Source: an uncultured Lachnospiraceae bacterium (GTDB lineage: Bacteria; Bacillota; Clostridia; UBA1381). From it: 64,000 nucleotides of DNA. Below the pieces are notes generated by a model, which saw nothing but the letters and a program-made list of their open reading frames with translations, was not told the origin of the DNA and searched no databases. The first letter of the stretch is position 1, and the number at the start of each line of letters is the position of its first letter. This document shows, one piece after another, positions 8,960 to 18,226 of this stretch. The DNA is taken from positions 880-64,879 of the forward strand of contig CAYMBZ010000003.1 in the NCBI GenBank assembly GCA_964388835.1. Direction: 5' to 3'. The position numbers were made by a program, and so were the translations under genes.

Positions 8960-9238
8960 TTGTTACTTTTTCGCCTATTTTTTTTTTTTTTTTGAAAAAA
9001 TTGTTACTCGTTGGTGAAAATTGCGAAGCTGGAAATTTTTATATCCACAAGAAATATTTTATAATAAAAAATGAAATTTGTCAACTTTTAAATCATTTTA
9101 AAAAGAAAAATATTGTTATTTTATGCAGATTCTACGGGCGTGATCACGCATTTATGCGATTTTCGTGCGGGTGTGTGAATAAAATGATACTCATGAAAAT
9201 TTTGTTACTTTACACATTAGATATGAGTGTGATATAGT
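8960..9238 (+). promoter_or_regulatory. locus 1 control region: four TTGTTA[CT]T direct repeats plus a candidate promoter
   Basis: TTGTTACT occurs at 8960, 9001 and 9202, and TTGTTATT at 9113. The last repeat abuts TTTACA (9209-9214), followed by an 18-nt spacer and TATAGT (9233-9238), about 60 nt upstream of the SBP start. Confidence 0.4.
8978..8993. repeat. T16 homopolymer in the divergent promoter region of locus 1
   Basis: Sixteen uninterrupted T residues counted directly, 44-59 nt upstream of the regulator start codon on the opposite strand. Confidence 0.95.
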
Positions 9239-9300
9239 TGAAAATGTAAAAAAACACTGTGCGGCGCTACGCACAAAGTCATAATAAGGAGAGCGAGTAT

Positions 9301-10704
9301 ATGAAAAAAAATTTAATGAAAACAATCGCTATGCTTCTGGGAGCTTCAATGGTTCTCGGAGGACTTGTAGGATGCGGAGAAAAGAAACAGCAAACGGACG
9401 GAAAGGTTACGATTTCACTTGCGGATTACTTTTCAGATCCGAAAATCAATCCTGAGGGATATGAAGCGCAAATGGAGGGTGTTAAAAGATTTAATGAAAT
9501 TTATCCGGATATCGTAATCGAGGACGGAAAATATTCTTTTGCCACAGATACATATATGGCAAAAGCTGAAGCGGGAACACTTCCGACCGTATATTACGTA
9601 CCGCTTACCGAGTGCGAGAAAATTAAGGATTTGGGATATGCGGCGGACCTTACAAAGTATTTTGAGGAAAACGGTTTTAAGGAAAACTTGAATGATTTGG
9701 CGCTTGACATAATTTCAAGAGACGGAAAAATGTATTTTGTTCCGGAGCAATTCTATTATGTGGGACTTTTCGTAAACATCGACCTTTATAAAAAGGCGGG
9801 CTTTGTGGCAGAGGACGGAACACTTTATCAGCCGACCGATTGGGAGGACCTTGCAAGAGTTGCAAAGGAAGTTAAGGCAAAAACCGGAGCTGACGGATAT
9901 GCAATGCCTACAAAAGGCAATCAAGGAGGCTGGAGATTTACACCGGTTGCATGGAGCTACGGAACCGTTTTTGAGGAAAAGAACAAGGACGGAAAATGGG
10001 AAGCTAAATTTGATACCGAAGAATGTGTAAACGCGGTTCAGTTTATAAGCGATCTTAAATGGAAGCACGATGCAATTCCGGCAAACACTTTGCTTGAAAA
10101 TGCGGACATATATCAGCAGTTTGCAGCCGGCAACATTGTAATGACGATGGGTGAATCAAGTATGATAGATAGAATGGTTTCGACATATGGTATGAGCAAA
10201 GATAACCTGGGCGTTTTGAGAATTCCGGCAGGTCCGGAGCGTGATGTATCGCTTCTCGGCGGTGCTGTACGCGTAATCGACAGAAACGCAACACCTGAGC
10301 AGATTGATGCGGCACTTAAATGGCTTGAATTCAACGGATATACATATAAAGTTGATGATGAAACCAAACAAAGTATTGAATCGGACTATCAAGTCAAAGA
10401 AAGTCAGAATCTTCCGATAGGTATCAGAGCTATGAGCCCGTGGAAGGACGGCAGTGAGTATGAGTTGTTCCATGACGAAATGATGGCAAAATATCAAAAT
10501 GTAAGCGATAAGAATGTTGAGAACTACAACAATACCGATAAGCTTGAGTTCCAGGTTGAGGAAGCGGTTGAAGCTCAATCGCTTTACAAAACATTTGACA
10601 ATGTTATTCAGGAATGCTTGACAAATAAGGATGCGGATATAAAGGCACTTGTTTCAAAGGCTGCTTCAGATTTCCAGAGTAATTATCTTGATTTTGCAGA
10701 ATAA
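9301..10704 (+). CDS. extracellular solute-binding lipoprotein of a carbohydrate ABC transporter (family 1 SBP)
   Basis: ATG at 9301 follows AAGGAGAG. The signal peptide carries the lipobox LVGC (MKKNLMKTIAMLLGASMVLGGLVGC). It has typical SBP length and is a paralog of 37941-39329. The track's earlier start at 9259 lacks an RBS. Confidence 0.85.
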   Translation: MKKNLMKTIAMLLGASMVLGGLVGCGEKKQQTDGKVTISLADYFSDPKINPEGYEAQMEGVKRFNEIYPDIVIEDGKYSFATDTYMAKAEAGTLPTVYYVPLTECEKIKDLGYAADLTKYFEENGFKENLNDLALDIISRDGKMYFVPEQFYYVGLFVNIDLYKKAGFVAEDGTLYQPTDWEDLARVAKEVKAKTGADGYAMPTKGNQGGWRFTPVAWSYGTVFEEKNKDGKWEAKFDTEECVNAVQFISDLKWKHDAIPANTLLENADIYQQFAAGNIVMTMGESSMIDRMVSTYGMSKDNLGVLRIPAGPERDVSLLGGAVRVIDRNATPEQIDAALKWLEFNGYTYKVDDETKQSIESDYQVKESQNLPIGIRAMSPWKDGSEYELFHDEMMAKYQNVSDKNVENYNNTDKLEFQVEEAVEAQSLYKTFDNVIQECLTNKDADIKALVSKAASDFQSNYLDFAE

Positions 10705-10718
10705 GGGGCATATATTTA

Positions 10719-11633
10719 ATGAAAACAACAATAAAAAAGAAGAAAAAAAGGGGAGTATCCTTCTTTTTAAAAGACCTGAGCGGATGGATGCTGATGCTTC
10801 CGTCGATAGTATTGGTAGTAATGTTTGTGGTACGTCCGCAAATTTTGGGAGTTATCTGGTCAACATTTAATATGAGAGGGTTTACCGTACAGGATTTCAT
10901 TGGACTTAGGAATTTTCAAATAATACTGAGCAACGCGGATTTCTTGAAAACCTTTACAAACACATGGTTGTACTTGATTTATTCCTTGATTGTAGGTCTT
11001 TTGCCGCCGTTTGTAATGGCTATCATTATGAACGAAATGGCATGTTTCAGAAAAACAATCAGAACGCTTGTATATCTTCCCGGAATAATGCCGGCGATAT
11101 CGGTATCGATTCTTTGGTCGTTTGTTTATTACCCGGATGCCACAGGACTCTTAAATATGGTATTGGGAATGTTCGGAATGGAGCCGTATGTATGGCTCCA
11201 GGACGGACGCTTCACAATTCTGTGGATTATCGTAAGTATGACATGGACGGGAATGGGCGGAACGGCGATATACTATTTTGCGGGACTTCAGGGCGTAAAT
11301 TCAGAGCTGTATGAAGCGGCAATGATGGATGGCGCGGGATTTATAAGACGACTCAGAACCGTTACAATTCCGCACATGTTGCCGATGTTTATGCTTTTTG
11401 CCGTAAGACAGTGCGTGGGCGTTTTCCAGGTAGTAAATCAACCGCTTCAAATGACGGGCGGCGGACCGAACAATGCTTCAATGTCATTGGGACTTTTGGC
11501 ATACAACTATGCTTTTGTGAACGGCAAGCCGCAGTTTGCCATGGCGCTTAACGTAATCACTTTCTTTGTTATTATAATATTTACTCTGATATATTATAAG
11601 GTTGATAAAAAGGTTACGCAGGATTTAATATAG
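10719..11633 (+). CDS. carbohydrate ABC transporter permease (MalF/LplB-like)
   Basis: Six hydrophobic segments and the EAA loop ELYEAAMMDGAGFIRRLRTVTIP. Confidence 0.9.
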   Translation: MKTTIKKKKKRGVSFFLKDLSGWMLMLPSIVLVVMFVVRPQILGVIWSTFNMRGFTVQDFIGLRNFQIILSNADFLKTFTNTWLYLIYSLIVGLLPPFVMAIIMNEMACFRKTIRTLVYLPGIMPAISVSILWSFVYYPDATGLLNMVLGMFGMEPYVWLQDGRFTILWIIVSMTWTGMGGTAIYYFAGLQGVNSELYEAAMMDGAGFIRRLRTVTIPHMLPMFMLFAVRQCVGVFQVVNQPLQMTGGGPNNASMSLGLLAYNYAFVNGKPQFAMALNVITFFVIIIFTLIYYKVDKKVTQDLI

Positions 11634-11655
11634 CAGAGAGGAGCGAGGACAAGGA

Positions 11656-12540
11656 ATGAAAAAAATTGATTTTGCGTCAAAAGTTCATTACGGCGCTATA
11701 CGGCCTATTGATATGAAAAGCACAAAATACAAGGTTACATACGGAATACTTTCGCTGATAATGTTGCTGTATCTTGTAATAGTATTTCTGCCTGTTGTAT
11801 GGATGATGCTTTTCGGATTTAAAGATACGACCGAAATTTATGCGAGAGTTCAGACGTTTTTGCCGAAAGAGATAAAGCTTTCGAAAATGGGCGAAGTTTG
11901 GAATCAGCTGGAGCTTTACAGATATTATTTAAACACCTTTATAATGGCAATCGGAAATGTTTTGATGGATGTTGTTGTTTGCGGGCTTGCGGGCTACAGT
12001 CTATCACGCTTAAAACCGAGAGGACACGCGATTTATATGACGGCGGTAACAACGCTTATGCTTGTTCCGGCAACATGTGCCATGGTGCCAAACTACATTT
12101 TCTTTAAAGATATGGGCTTGCTTGACACCTATATACCGATGTGGCTTTTGATGGGAACAAATATGTTTGATATTCTCCTGTTTAAGTCAACCTTTGACGG
12201 TATATCCAAATCACTGATTGAGGCGGCAAAGATTGACGGTGCATCCGACCTTAGGATTTTCGTTAAAATTGTAGTACCGCTTTCAGTGCCGGTAATATGC
12301 ACCTGTGCGATATTTACATTTAATAACAGTATAGGTGATTTCTTCTGGCCCTACCTTATTATACAGGATGCGGCAAAAGTGCCGCTGGGCGTAAGAATGT
12401 TTGAAATCAGCAAATCAACTTTATCTATCGATAAGCAGATGATTGCTCTGATTTTCTCAATAATACCGCAGATGGTAGTGTTCATTCTGTTCCAGAAGCA
12501 GATTATGGGCGGAATAAACCTCGGCGGAGTTAAAGGATGA
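11656..12540 (+). CDS. carbohydrate ABC transporter permease (MalG/LplC-like)
   Basis: Multi-pass membrane protein with the EAA loop IEAAKIDGASDLRIFVKIVVP. Confidence 0.9.
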   Translation: MKKIDFASKVHYGAIRPIDMKSTKYKVTYGILSLIMLLYLVIVFLPVVWMMLFGFKDTTEIYARVQTFLPKEIKLSKMGEVWNQLELYRYYLNTFIMAIGNVLMDVVVCGLAGYSLSRLKPRGHAIYMTAVTTLMLVPATCAMVPNYIFFKDMGLLDTYIPMWLLMGTNMFDILLFKSTFDGISKSLIEAAKIDGASDLRIFVKIVVPLSVPVICTCAIFTFNNSIGDFFWPYLIIQDAAKVPLGVRMFEISKSTLSIDKQMIALIFSIIPQMVVFILFQKQIMGGINLGGVKG

Positions 12541-12553
12541 TAGGAGGAAGAAT

Positions 12554-15500
12554 ATGAAACGTGCACTAACTTTTATACTTGCGCTTTCCATGCTCCTGCA
12601 GTTCGGAAGCACGGCGATGGCGGCAAGAAAAACCGTTAAGGACGGTGAGCTTGAATATACCGTTTTGTGGGAGGAAGATTTTGATTCGGGCAAAAAGGGT
12701 CAGGATCCGTTCTCTTCATCAAACGGGGTTACGATAGAAGAGCATGATGTTGAGCATGGTAACAGTGTAAAGGTTGTCATTGAAGACAATATGTGGCCGA
12801 GATTCAGAAAACATTTTGATGAACCTGTAAAGGACGGTATTCTGTATGTTGGCTACAATATATTCAGAACAAATAAGGGCAGAACCAGTGACGATTACCT
12901 TGAATATCACGATTCAAGATGGGGTAACGGAATGTTTATCGGAACTCTTTTTAATAATGATGAGGGAAAAATCACATGGTATGCGGACATGCATATAGAT
13001 GCAATCAAAATTCCCGCTCCGGGAAACACTGTGCCGCAGACAAACGTGTGGCACAGAGTGGAGAGCTGGATTGACCTGAGTAACAGAAAAGCTACATATT
13101 ATATTGACGGTGAGTTTTTGGGTGAGACCACAATAACCGATGAGTGTACTCAGATATCCTCATATGAGAGAGGATATGAGGGAGGCTACGGAACCGGAAT
13201 AGAGTATGTAGACGATTACAAAATTCTTCACTTTGATGAAATAGGAAGAGAAGTGGACTTGGACTTTGTAATGGCAACTCCGGAATATCTTGAAGCTCCT
13301 GCGCTTTTGGAGGCTGATGCTGATGTTTTGGGTTACAGTTTTTACGATAAAAAGAACACAATCAATGTTGATGTAACCAACTTGACCACAAAGCAGGCTG
13401 ACGGAACGGTTTATCTTGACATAACGGATGAACGCGGAAATAAAGTGTTCTCGCAAGGCAAGAAAACGTCAATCCCGGCAAAGGAGAAAAAGAGTGAAGC
13501 GTTCACATTTTCTTTTAGAGAATACGGAAGCTATAATGTAAAGATGAGATTTGAAATGGAGGGGCGAAAGACAAGCCGTGCGGAAACAACCTTTATGTTT
13601 ATAAAAAAGGCTCCGCCGAATGAAACGCTGGGATATTCCGCTCATACCTATTGGGGCTACGGAACAGCAGAGCTTGAAAGAAAACAGCAGGTTCTGAAAA
13701 ATGCCGGATTCACATTTGAGCGAAGCGAAATTTTCTGGGTTTACTACGTAATGGCAGGATATAAGATGGATGCCGTTCAGCAGAACATCTTGGATATCCA
13801 GGAGAAAAACGGAATGAAGCCGCTTGTTCTTCTTGCCGGTTGGGGCGGAATGAGCGACCTTACCGAGGGTGAGGTTCCGCTTTCGGATAAATCACGAGAA
13901 AACTTCAGAAAATATGTATCGGGTGTAGCCAATGACCTTAAGGGCAAAGTTAAATACTATGAAGTGTTTAACGAAACTCATTTTACCTCAAACCCCGAAG
14001 CATACGTTTTGGCACAAAAGACAGCATACGAAGCAATTAAGGAAGCAGACCCGGAGGCACAGGTTCTCTGCGGAGCGACGGCGCATGTACCGGAAGATTG
14101 GATAGAAATGCTTCTTGAAAACGGCGCGGGCGAATATTTTGACGCATTCTCTGTACACCCGTACACAATTGAAAACTTCCCGGAAACGGGCGGAAGATAC
14201 GGCAGTGCGGAATACATGGTATTGCAGTGTAGAAAACTGCTTGACAAATACGGACTTCAGGATAAGGGAATTGTTATCACCGAGCTTTCATATACTGCGG
14301 CACCGTCTTATGCAACCGAAACTCAGCAGGGTGCTTTCGGCTTAAGACAGTATATGATGGTTCAGCCCCATGTTGAAAGCTTCACATGGTACAACGACCA
14401 GAACAAAACCGCGGCAGGCTCTGACGTTGTTGAGGCAAACTTCGGACTTATGCGTTCGTGGGCAGGTGACGGAATCGCGTATCAGGCAAAGCCGGCACTC
14501 CTTGCATGGGCAGGATTTAACAGCGTATTGGCAGGAGCGGAGCCTTTGGGTAAGGTTGAAGCAAGGGATGAAAATGTTTGGATTTACAAATTTAAAACCG
14601 AAGCCGGTAAGGACGTTATAGCGGTTTGGAATTCGGACAATCTCCAAAAGAGCGTTGCATTAAAGCTCGGCGCGGAAAGCGTAAATATGTACGACATGTA
14701 CGGAAATGCAACTACGATTTACTCAAATAACGGTGTTATTAATCTGGATATTTCCGAAAACATTACATATTTGGAGGGCAATTTCTCCGAGATTACCCAG
14801 GTTGACAACGAATTTTCCGTAAGGGAGAATTCAGTCGGTTTAATACGCGGTGAAGAATTTACGCTTCGTATCGACAAGCTCCCGGCGGGCGATGTGGAAA
14901 TTAAGGTAGATTTGCCGGATAACATCTTATTAAAGGCTATAGAAAACAATGAAATTGTTTTGGAATCGGGCGCTGAGGGATGTGAGAGCGAGAAGATAAG
15001 AGTAAATGCAATTGTGGGCGGTAAAAAGGTATATGCTCATGAGGTGGCGGTTGAATATATCGACCCGGTAACCTATAATTGCGATGTTCTCCCGTATAAC
15101 ACTCGCAGGTATCAAGCGGTTTTGGAAATTACCAACGAAAGAAATACGAATGTTTCGGCAGAGTTGGTACTGACAGAGCCGGAGAGTGTTGCCGGAAAGA
15201 GTTATAAAATCAAAACCATCACTTCGGGCGATACAAGAACGCTGAGAATTAATATTACACCGGAAGAAGCTTCGGAAAATGTTTTAAGACTCAGAGGAGA
15301 GATAAATGTAAAAGGTATTGCCGGAGAAGAAGTGGTTAATGTAAAAGTTGACAAAAATGTCGGTTGTTTGAAGTATGACCCGAAGAAGAAACCCGAGATT
15401 GACGGAGTGATTTCATCGGGTGAATGGGATACTTTCTTGCCGATGAGAATTAACAACAGCAGTATGGCTCAGCAAAAGGCGTGGAGAGGCATGGATGACC

Positions 15501-16003
15501 TCAGCGCACTTGTTCACACCATGTGTGATGATGACAATTTATACCTTGCGGTTGAGGTGACGGATGATATCTATTGTGACGATGCGGAGCCCGTCAGCGT
15601 ATGGAGCGTAGACAGTATTCAGATGGCGATTGCACTAAAACGCCAATCGGGAGCGCCAAGTACCGAAATCGGTCTGGGTATCGCAAGAGGGGAAGCAACG
15701 ATTCAGAGTTATCTTTCACAATCTATTGACGGTGGTGTATCACAAGTTCCGTTCTCGGAAAATGTAAAATACGCCGTTAAGCGATATGAAGAAGAGAAAA
15801 AGACGATTTATGAGCTTCAACTGCCATGGACGGATATCTATGCGGAGAAACCGAATATCGCGACTATGGATAAGGTTTACTTCTCAATCCTTGTAAACGA
15901 TGAGGACGGAAACGGAAGAGGATGGCTGGAATACTGCGGAGGTATCGGAACGTCAAAGAACCCTGAGCTGTTTATGGAACTTCCTATATATAGGATTAAA
16001 TAA
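12554..16003 (+). CDS. secreted multidomain glycoside hydrolase: LamG-like module, clan GH-A-like TIM barrel, Ig-like spacers, C-terminal CBM9-like domain (1149 aa)
   Basis: Signal peptide MKRALTFILALSMLLQFGSTAMA. Clan GH-A hallmarks are present: YYEVFNETHF (acid/base NE), FSVHPY, and IVITELSYT (nucleophile E). The C-terminus (about 15356-16003) reads EIDGVISSGEWD...DDDNLYLAVEVTDD...VDSIQMAI...LVNDEDGNGRGWLEY, typical of CBM9-like sugar-binding domains. Confidence 0.7.
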   Translation: MKRALTFILALSMLLQFGSTAMAARKTVKDGELEYTVLWEEDFDSGKKGQDPFSSSNGVTIEEHDVEHGNSVKVVIEDNMWPRFRKHFDEPVKDGILYVGYNIFRTNKGRTSDDYLEYHDSRWGNGMFIGTLFNNDEGKITWYADMHIDAIKIPAPGNTVPQTNVWHRVESWIDLSNRKATYYIDGEFLGETTITDECTQISSYERGYEGGYGTGIEYVDDYKILHFDEIGREVDLDFVMATPEYLEAPALLEADADVLGYSFYDKKNTINVDVTNLTTKQADGTVYLDITDERGNKVFSQGKKTSIPAKEKKSEAFTFSFREYGSYNVKMRFEMEGRKTSRAETTFMFIKKAPPNETLGYSAHTYWGYGTAELERKQQVLKNAGFTFERSEIFWVYYVMAGYKMDAVQQNILDIQEKNGMKPLVLLAGWGGMSDLTEGEVPLSDKSRENFRKYVSGVANDLKGKVKYYEVFNETHFTSNPEAYVLAQKTAYEAIKEADPEAQVLCGATAHVPEDWIEMLLENGAGEYFDAFSVHPYTIENFPETGGRYGSAEYMVLQCRKLLDKYGLQDKGIVITELSYTAAPSYATETQQGAFGLRQYMMVQPHVESFTWYNDQNKTAAGSDVVEANFGLMRSWAGDGIAYQAKPALLAWAGFNSVLAGAEPLGKVEARDENVWIYKFKTEAGKDVIAVWNSDNLQKSVALKLGAESVNMYDMYGNATTIYSNNGVINLDISENITYLEGNFSEITQVDNEFSVRENSVGLIRGEEFTLRIDKLPAGDVEIKVDLPDNILLKAIENNEIVLESGAEGCESEKIRVNAIVGGKKVYAHEVAVEYIDPVTYNCDVLPYNTRRYQAVLEITNERNTNVSAELVLTEPESVAGKSYKIKTITSGDTRTLRINITPEEASENVLRLRGEINVKGIAGEEVVNVKVDKNVGCLKYDPKKKPEIDGVISSGEWDTFLPMRINNSSMAQQKAWRGMDDLSALVHTMCDDDNLYLAVEVTDDIYCDDAEPVSVWSVDSIQMAIALKRQSGAPSTEIGLGIARGEATIQSYLSQSIDGGVSQVPFSENVKYAVKRYEEEKKTIYELQLPWTDIYAEKPNIATMDKVYFSILVNDEDGNGRGWLEYCGGIGTSKNPELFMELPIYRIK

Positions 16004-16019
16004 AATTGAATGTACGCTT

Positions 16020-16046
16020 CGAGCACGGCAATGGCGCCGTGCCTCG
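16020..16046 (+). other. intercistronic GC-rich stem-loop without T tract
   Basis: CGAGCACGGC pairs with GCCGTGC(C)TCG, about 10 bp with one bulge. Confidence 0.35.
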
Positions 16047-16079
16047 GAGGTATAAAAAATAAAAAAGGAGTAATTAAAA

Positions 16080-18128
16080 ATGAAAGTTAAAAAATTATTG
16101 GCTTCTGTTTTGGCAGTATCGATGTTGTCAAGTATTGCGGCAACGCTCAATATCTCTGCCGCAGATACGGCGAATAACTACAAAACCACACCGGTATTAA
16201 ACGAGACTTTTGACAGCGGTGCGTTAAAGACGGAACATTCCGGTTGGGGTAACCAATGGATTGAGGAAACCTTTGCGGATGAAACCGGACGCGGTAAGGT
16301 TTGGACAATTCCTTTCGGAACTGGAATGGCGAATGCCGCGGTAAACGGTGCTTTCTCAAGCATAGGTCAGTATATGACGGGAAGCCTGAATTATGTAAAA
16401 TTTGATTTTAAGGCAGAAAATGCGTACAACTTTTCATTCCAGCTTATGGGAACGGAAGCGGATACAAGAGCACCGATACAGCTGTCGACTTCAAGACACG
16501 GTTGGATGTACGCAAACAATTTTGACAGTATAAGTCAAGCAGGTTTGGACGGAAATGAAACGGTACTGGACTCTAACTCTAAAGAGATGATAAACGCGGC
16601 TGAGTGGAGAAACGGAAGTGAGGCTATTAACTTTACGGCAGGCAACTGGTACAGCGTTATGTTTGTTATTGACAAGGTAAATACAAAGATAAAGATTTAT
16701 GTGGACGATAAGTTTATGCTGGAAAGAACGGTGCCTGCCGATACGATAAATGCTTTGGATATGCTACATGTATGGAATCATTATTCGGAATCGGATACGA
16801 GTGTCAGCAGATTTATGACATTCGACAACTTCCAAGTTGGTACCTGCACGGAGCAGATTGCGGCAGAGAAGCTAACACTTTCGGAAGACGGAAAACTTAC
16901 CGTAACTTATTCCGGCAAAGTTGTGGGAGCAACGTTCACTGCAAGCAACGTGGTTATCAAAAAGGATGGAGAGGGCGTTTCCTACAACGGTTCATATGAC
17001 AGTGAGACATATACATACACGGCTACCATTGCGAATTTTGACCCATATGCTGACTACACAGTTTCAATTAAAGGTATAACGGGATTCGGCGGCAAGCCGG
17101 TTCAGGAAGTTGAAAAAACTTTCAAGGGCGTTAAATATCTTTTCAGCCCGGTTTTGACGGATACATATGACGACGGTACTGCGACCTTTGATTGGCAACC
17201 GGATTGGTCACCGAGTACAACCTATGTGGATGAGACAGGACGTGGCAAGGTAGCGGCTGTTACGTTTAAAGAAGAGAACAAGGATAGCACGACAGAAACA
17301 AATATAGTATTAACAGAATTGTCACAGTACATGACATCGGATGTAAACTATATAAGTTTTGATATTAAGCCGGCACAGCTTATGAATATGTCATTCTCTC
17401 CGACAGATGTAACGAATGTAGTGTATCCTCTCACTTTGTTCTCCTCAGAAAATGGATGGTTCTGGGGTAGCGGCTCAAGAATTCCGACGCAATACGGAGA
17501 CGATTTACCGACAATATACGGAAACACCCGCGCAACTTTAGTTGGCTGGGGATTTAGCGCAAGCAGCTTTGCCGATACAGAGGTCGGAAAATGGTATAAC
17601 GTTAAGTTTATCATGGATAAGAAAAATGGAAAAATTGCGGTATATGTTGATGATGTTAAGCTTGATGAAGTAAGTGCAAGTGCGACGGAATTAAGCAGTA
17701 TAGACAGACTTTTGGTAAGGGATTGCTCCGCGGGTAAGACAGGACCTAATATGTACATCGACAACTTCCAAATAGGTGCGGCATTTCCGGCACCGTCTAA
17801 GGATACAAGCATAACGCTGGTTGATGCAAGCGGAAATGCAATTACAAACGGAACAACTGCCGCTGAGGTTTATCCGAAGGCTGTAATTAACAATACAGGC
17901 AAGGAAGCAGGTTCGGTACAGCTTTCTGTTGCAAGCTATGATGCCGACGGTGTGCTTTTGGATGTAAAAGTTGAGACCGTTACGGTTGCTGCAGGTGAGA
18001 TTAAGACCGTTACTTCATCCTATGGCGTTAAAACACAAGGCACAAAAACCGTTAAAGCATTCCTTTGGAGCGGTTGGTCAAATATTACACCGCTTGTTGG
18101 AGCAGATGTTAAAACGGTAAACAACTGA
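16080..18128 (+). CDS. secreted non-catalytic protein with two ConA/LamG-like modules, an Ig-like spacer and a C-terminal KAFLW beta-sandwich module (682 aa)
   Basis: Signal peptide. Two modules each start with DETGRGKV and contain the core strands NWYSVMFVIDKVNTKIKIYVDD and KWYNVKFIMDKKNGKIAVYVDD, ending FDNFQVG and IDNFQIG. No hydrolase motifs were recognised. Confidence 0.6.
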   Translation: MKVKKLLASVLAVSMLSSIAATLNISAADTANNYKTTPVLNETFDSGALKTEHSGWGNQWIEETFADETGRGKVWTIPFGTGMANAAVNGAFSSIGQYMTGSLNYVKFDFKAENAYNFSFQLMGTEADTRAPIQLSTSRHGWMYANNFDSISQAGLDGNETVLDSNSKEMINAAEWRNGSEAINFTAGNWYSVMFVIDKVNTKIKIYVDDKFMLERTVPADTINALDMLHVWNHYSESDTSVSRFMTFDNFQVGTCTEQIAAEKLTLSEDGKLTVTYSGKVVGATFTASNVVIKKDGEGVSYNGSYDSETYTYTATIANFDPYADYTVSIKGITGFGGKPVQEVEKTFKGVKYLFSPVLTDTYDDGTATFDWQPDWSPSTTYVDETGRGKVAAVTFKEENKDSTTETNIVLTELSQYMTSDVNYISFDIKPAQLMNMSFSPTDVTNVVYPLTLFSSENGWFWGSGSRIPTQYGDDLPTIYGNTRATLVGWGFSASSFADTEVGKWYNVKFIMDKKNGKIAVYVDDVKLDEVSASATELSSIDRLLVRDCSAGKTGPNMYIDNFQIGAAFPAPSKDTSITLVDASGNAITNGTTAAEVYPKAVINNTGKEAGSVQLSVASYDADGVLLDVKVETVTVAAGEIKTVTSSYGVKTQGTKTVKAFLWSGWSNITPLVGADVKTVNN

Positions 18129-18142
18129 ATATAAACAACTGG

Positions 18143-18180
18143 CATTATCCGTGCCGAAAGAGTGTTCGGTGCGGATAATG
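18143..18180 (+). terminator. strong intercistronic hairpin (partial terminator or RNA-stability element)
   Basis: 16-bp stem CATTATCCGTGCCGAA with TTCGGTGCGGATAATG (two G-U pairs), followed by TTCT only. Confidence 0.4.
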
Positions 18181-18226
18181 TTCTGAAATACTACAATGTG
18201 ACTCTTAAAATGAGGTGGACAAATTA

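Noticed and set aside
8744-9237. ORFs 8744-8995(+) and 8911-9237(+) in the locus 1 divergent promoter region.
   Set aside because: They lie in AT-rich DNA spanning the T16 tract (poly-Phe translation), have no RBS and overlap the regulator's 5' end. They are better explained as promoter and operator DNA.
9259-9300. Upstream-extended starts given by the track for the SBP gene (9259) and for the 1155-aa ORF (53722).
   Set aside because: The extensions add non-signal-peptide residues (MRRYAQSHNKESEY; 38 aa of basic junk) and have no RBS. The internal starts at 9301 (ATG) and 53836 (TTG) sit behind strong GGAG-type RBSs and give canonical signal peptides.
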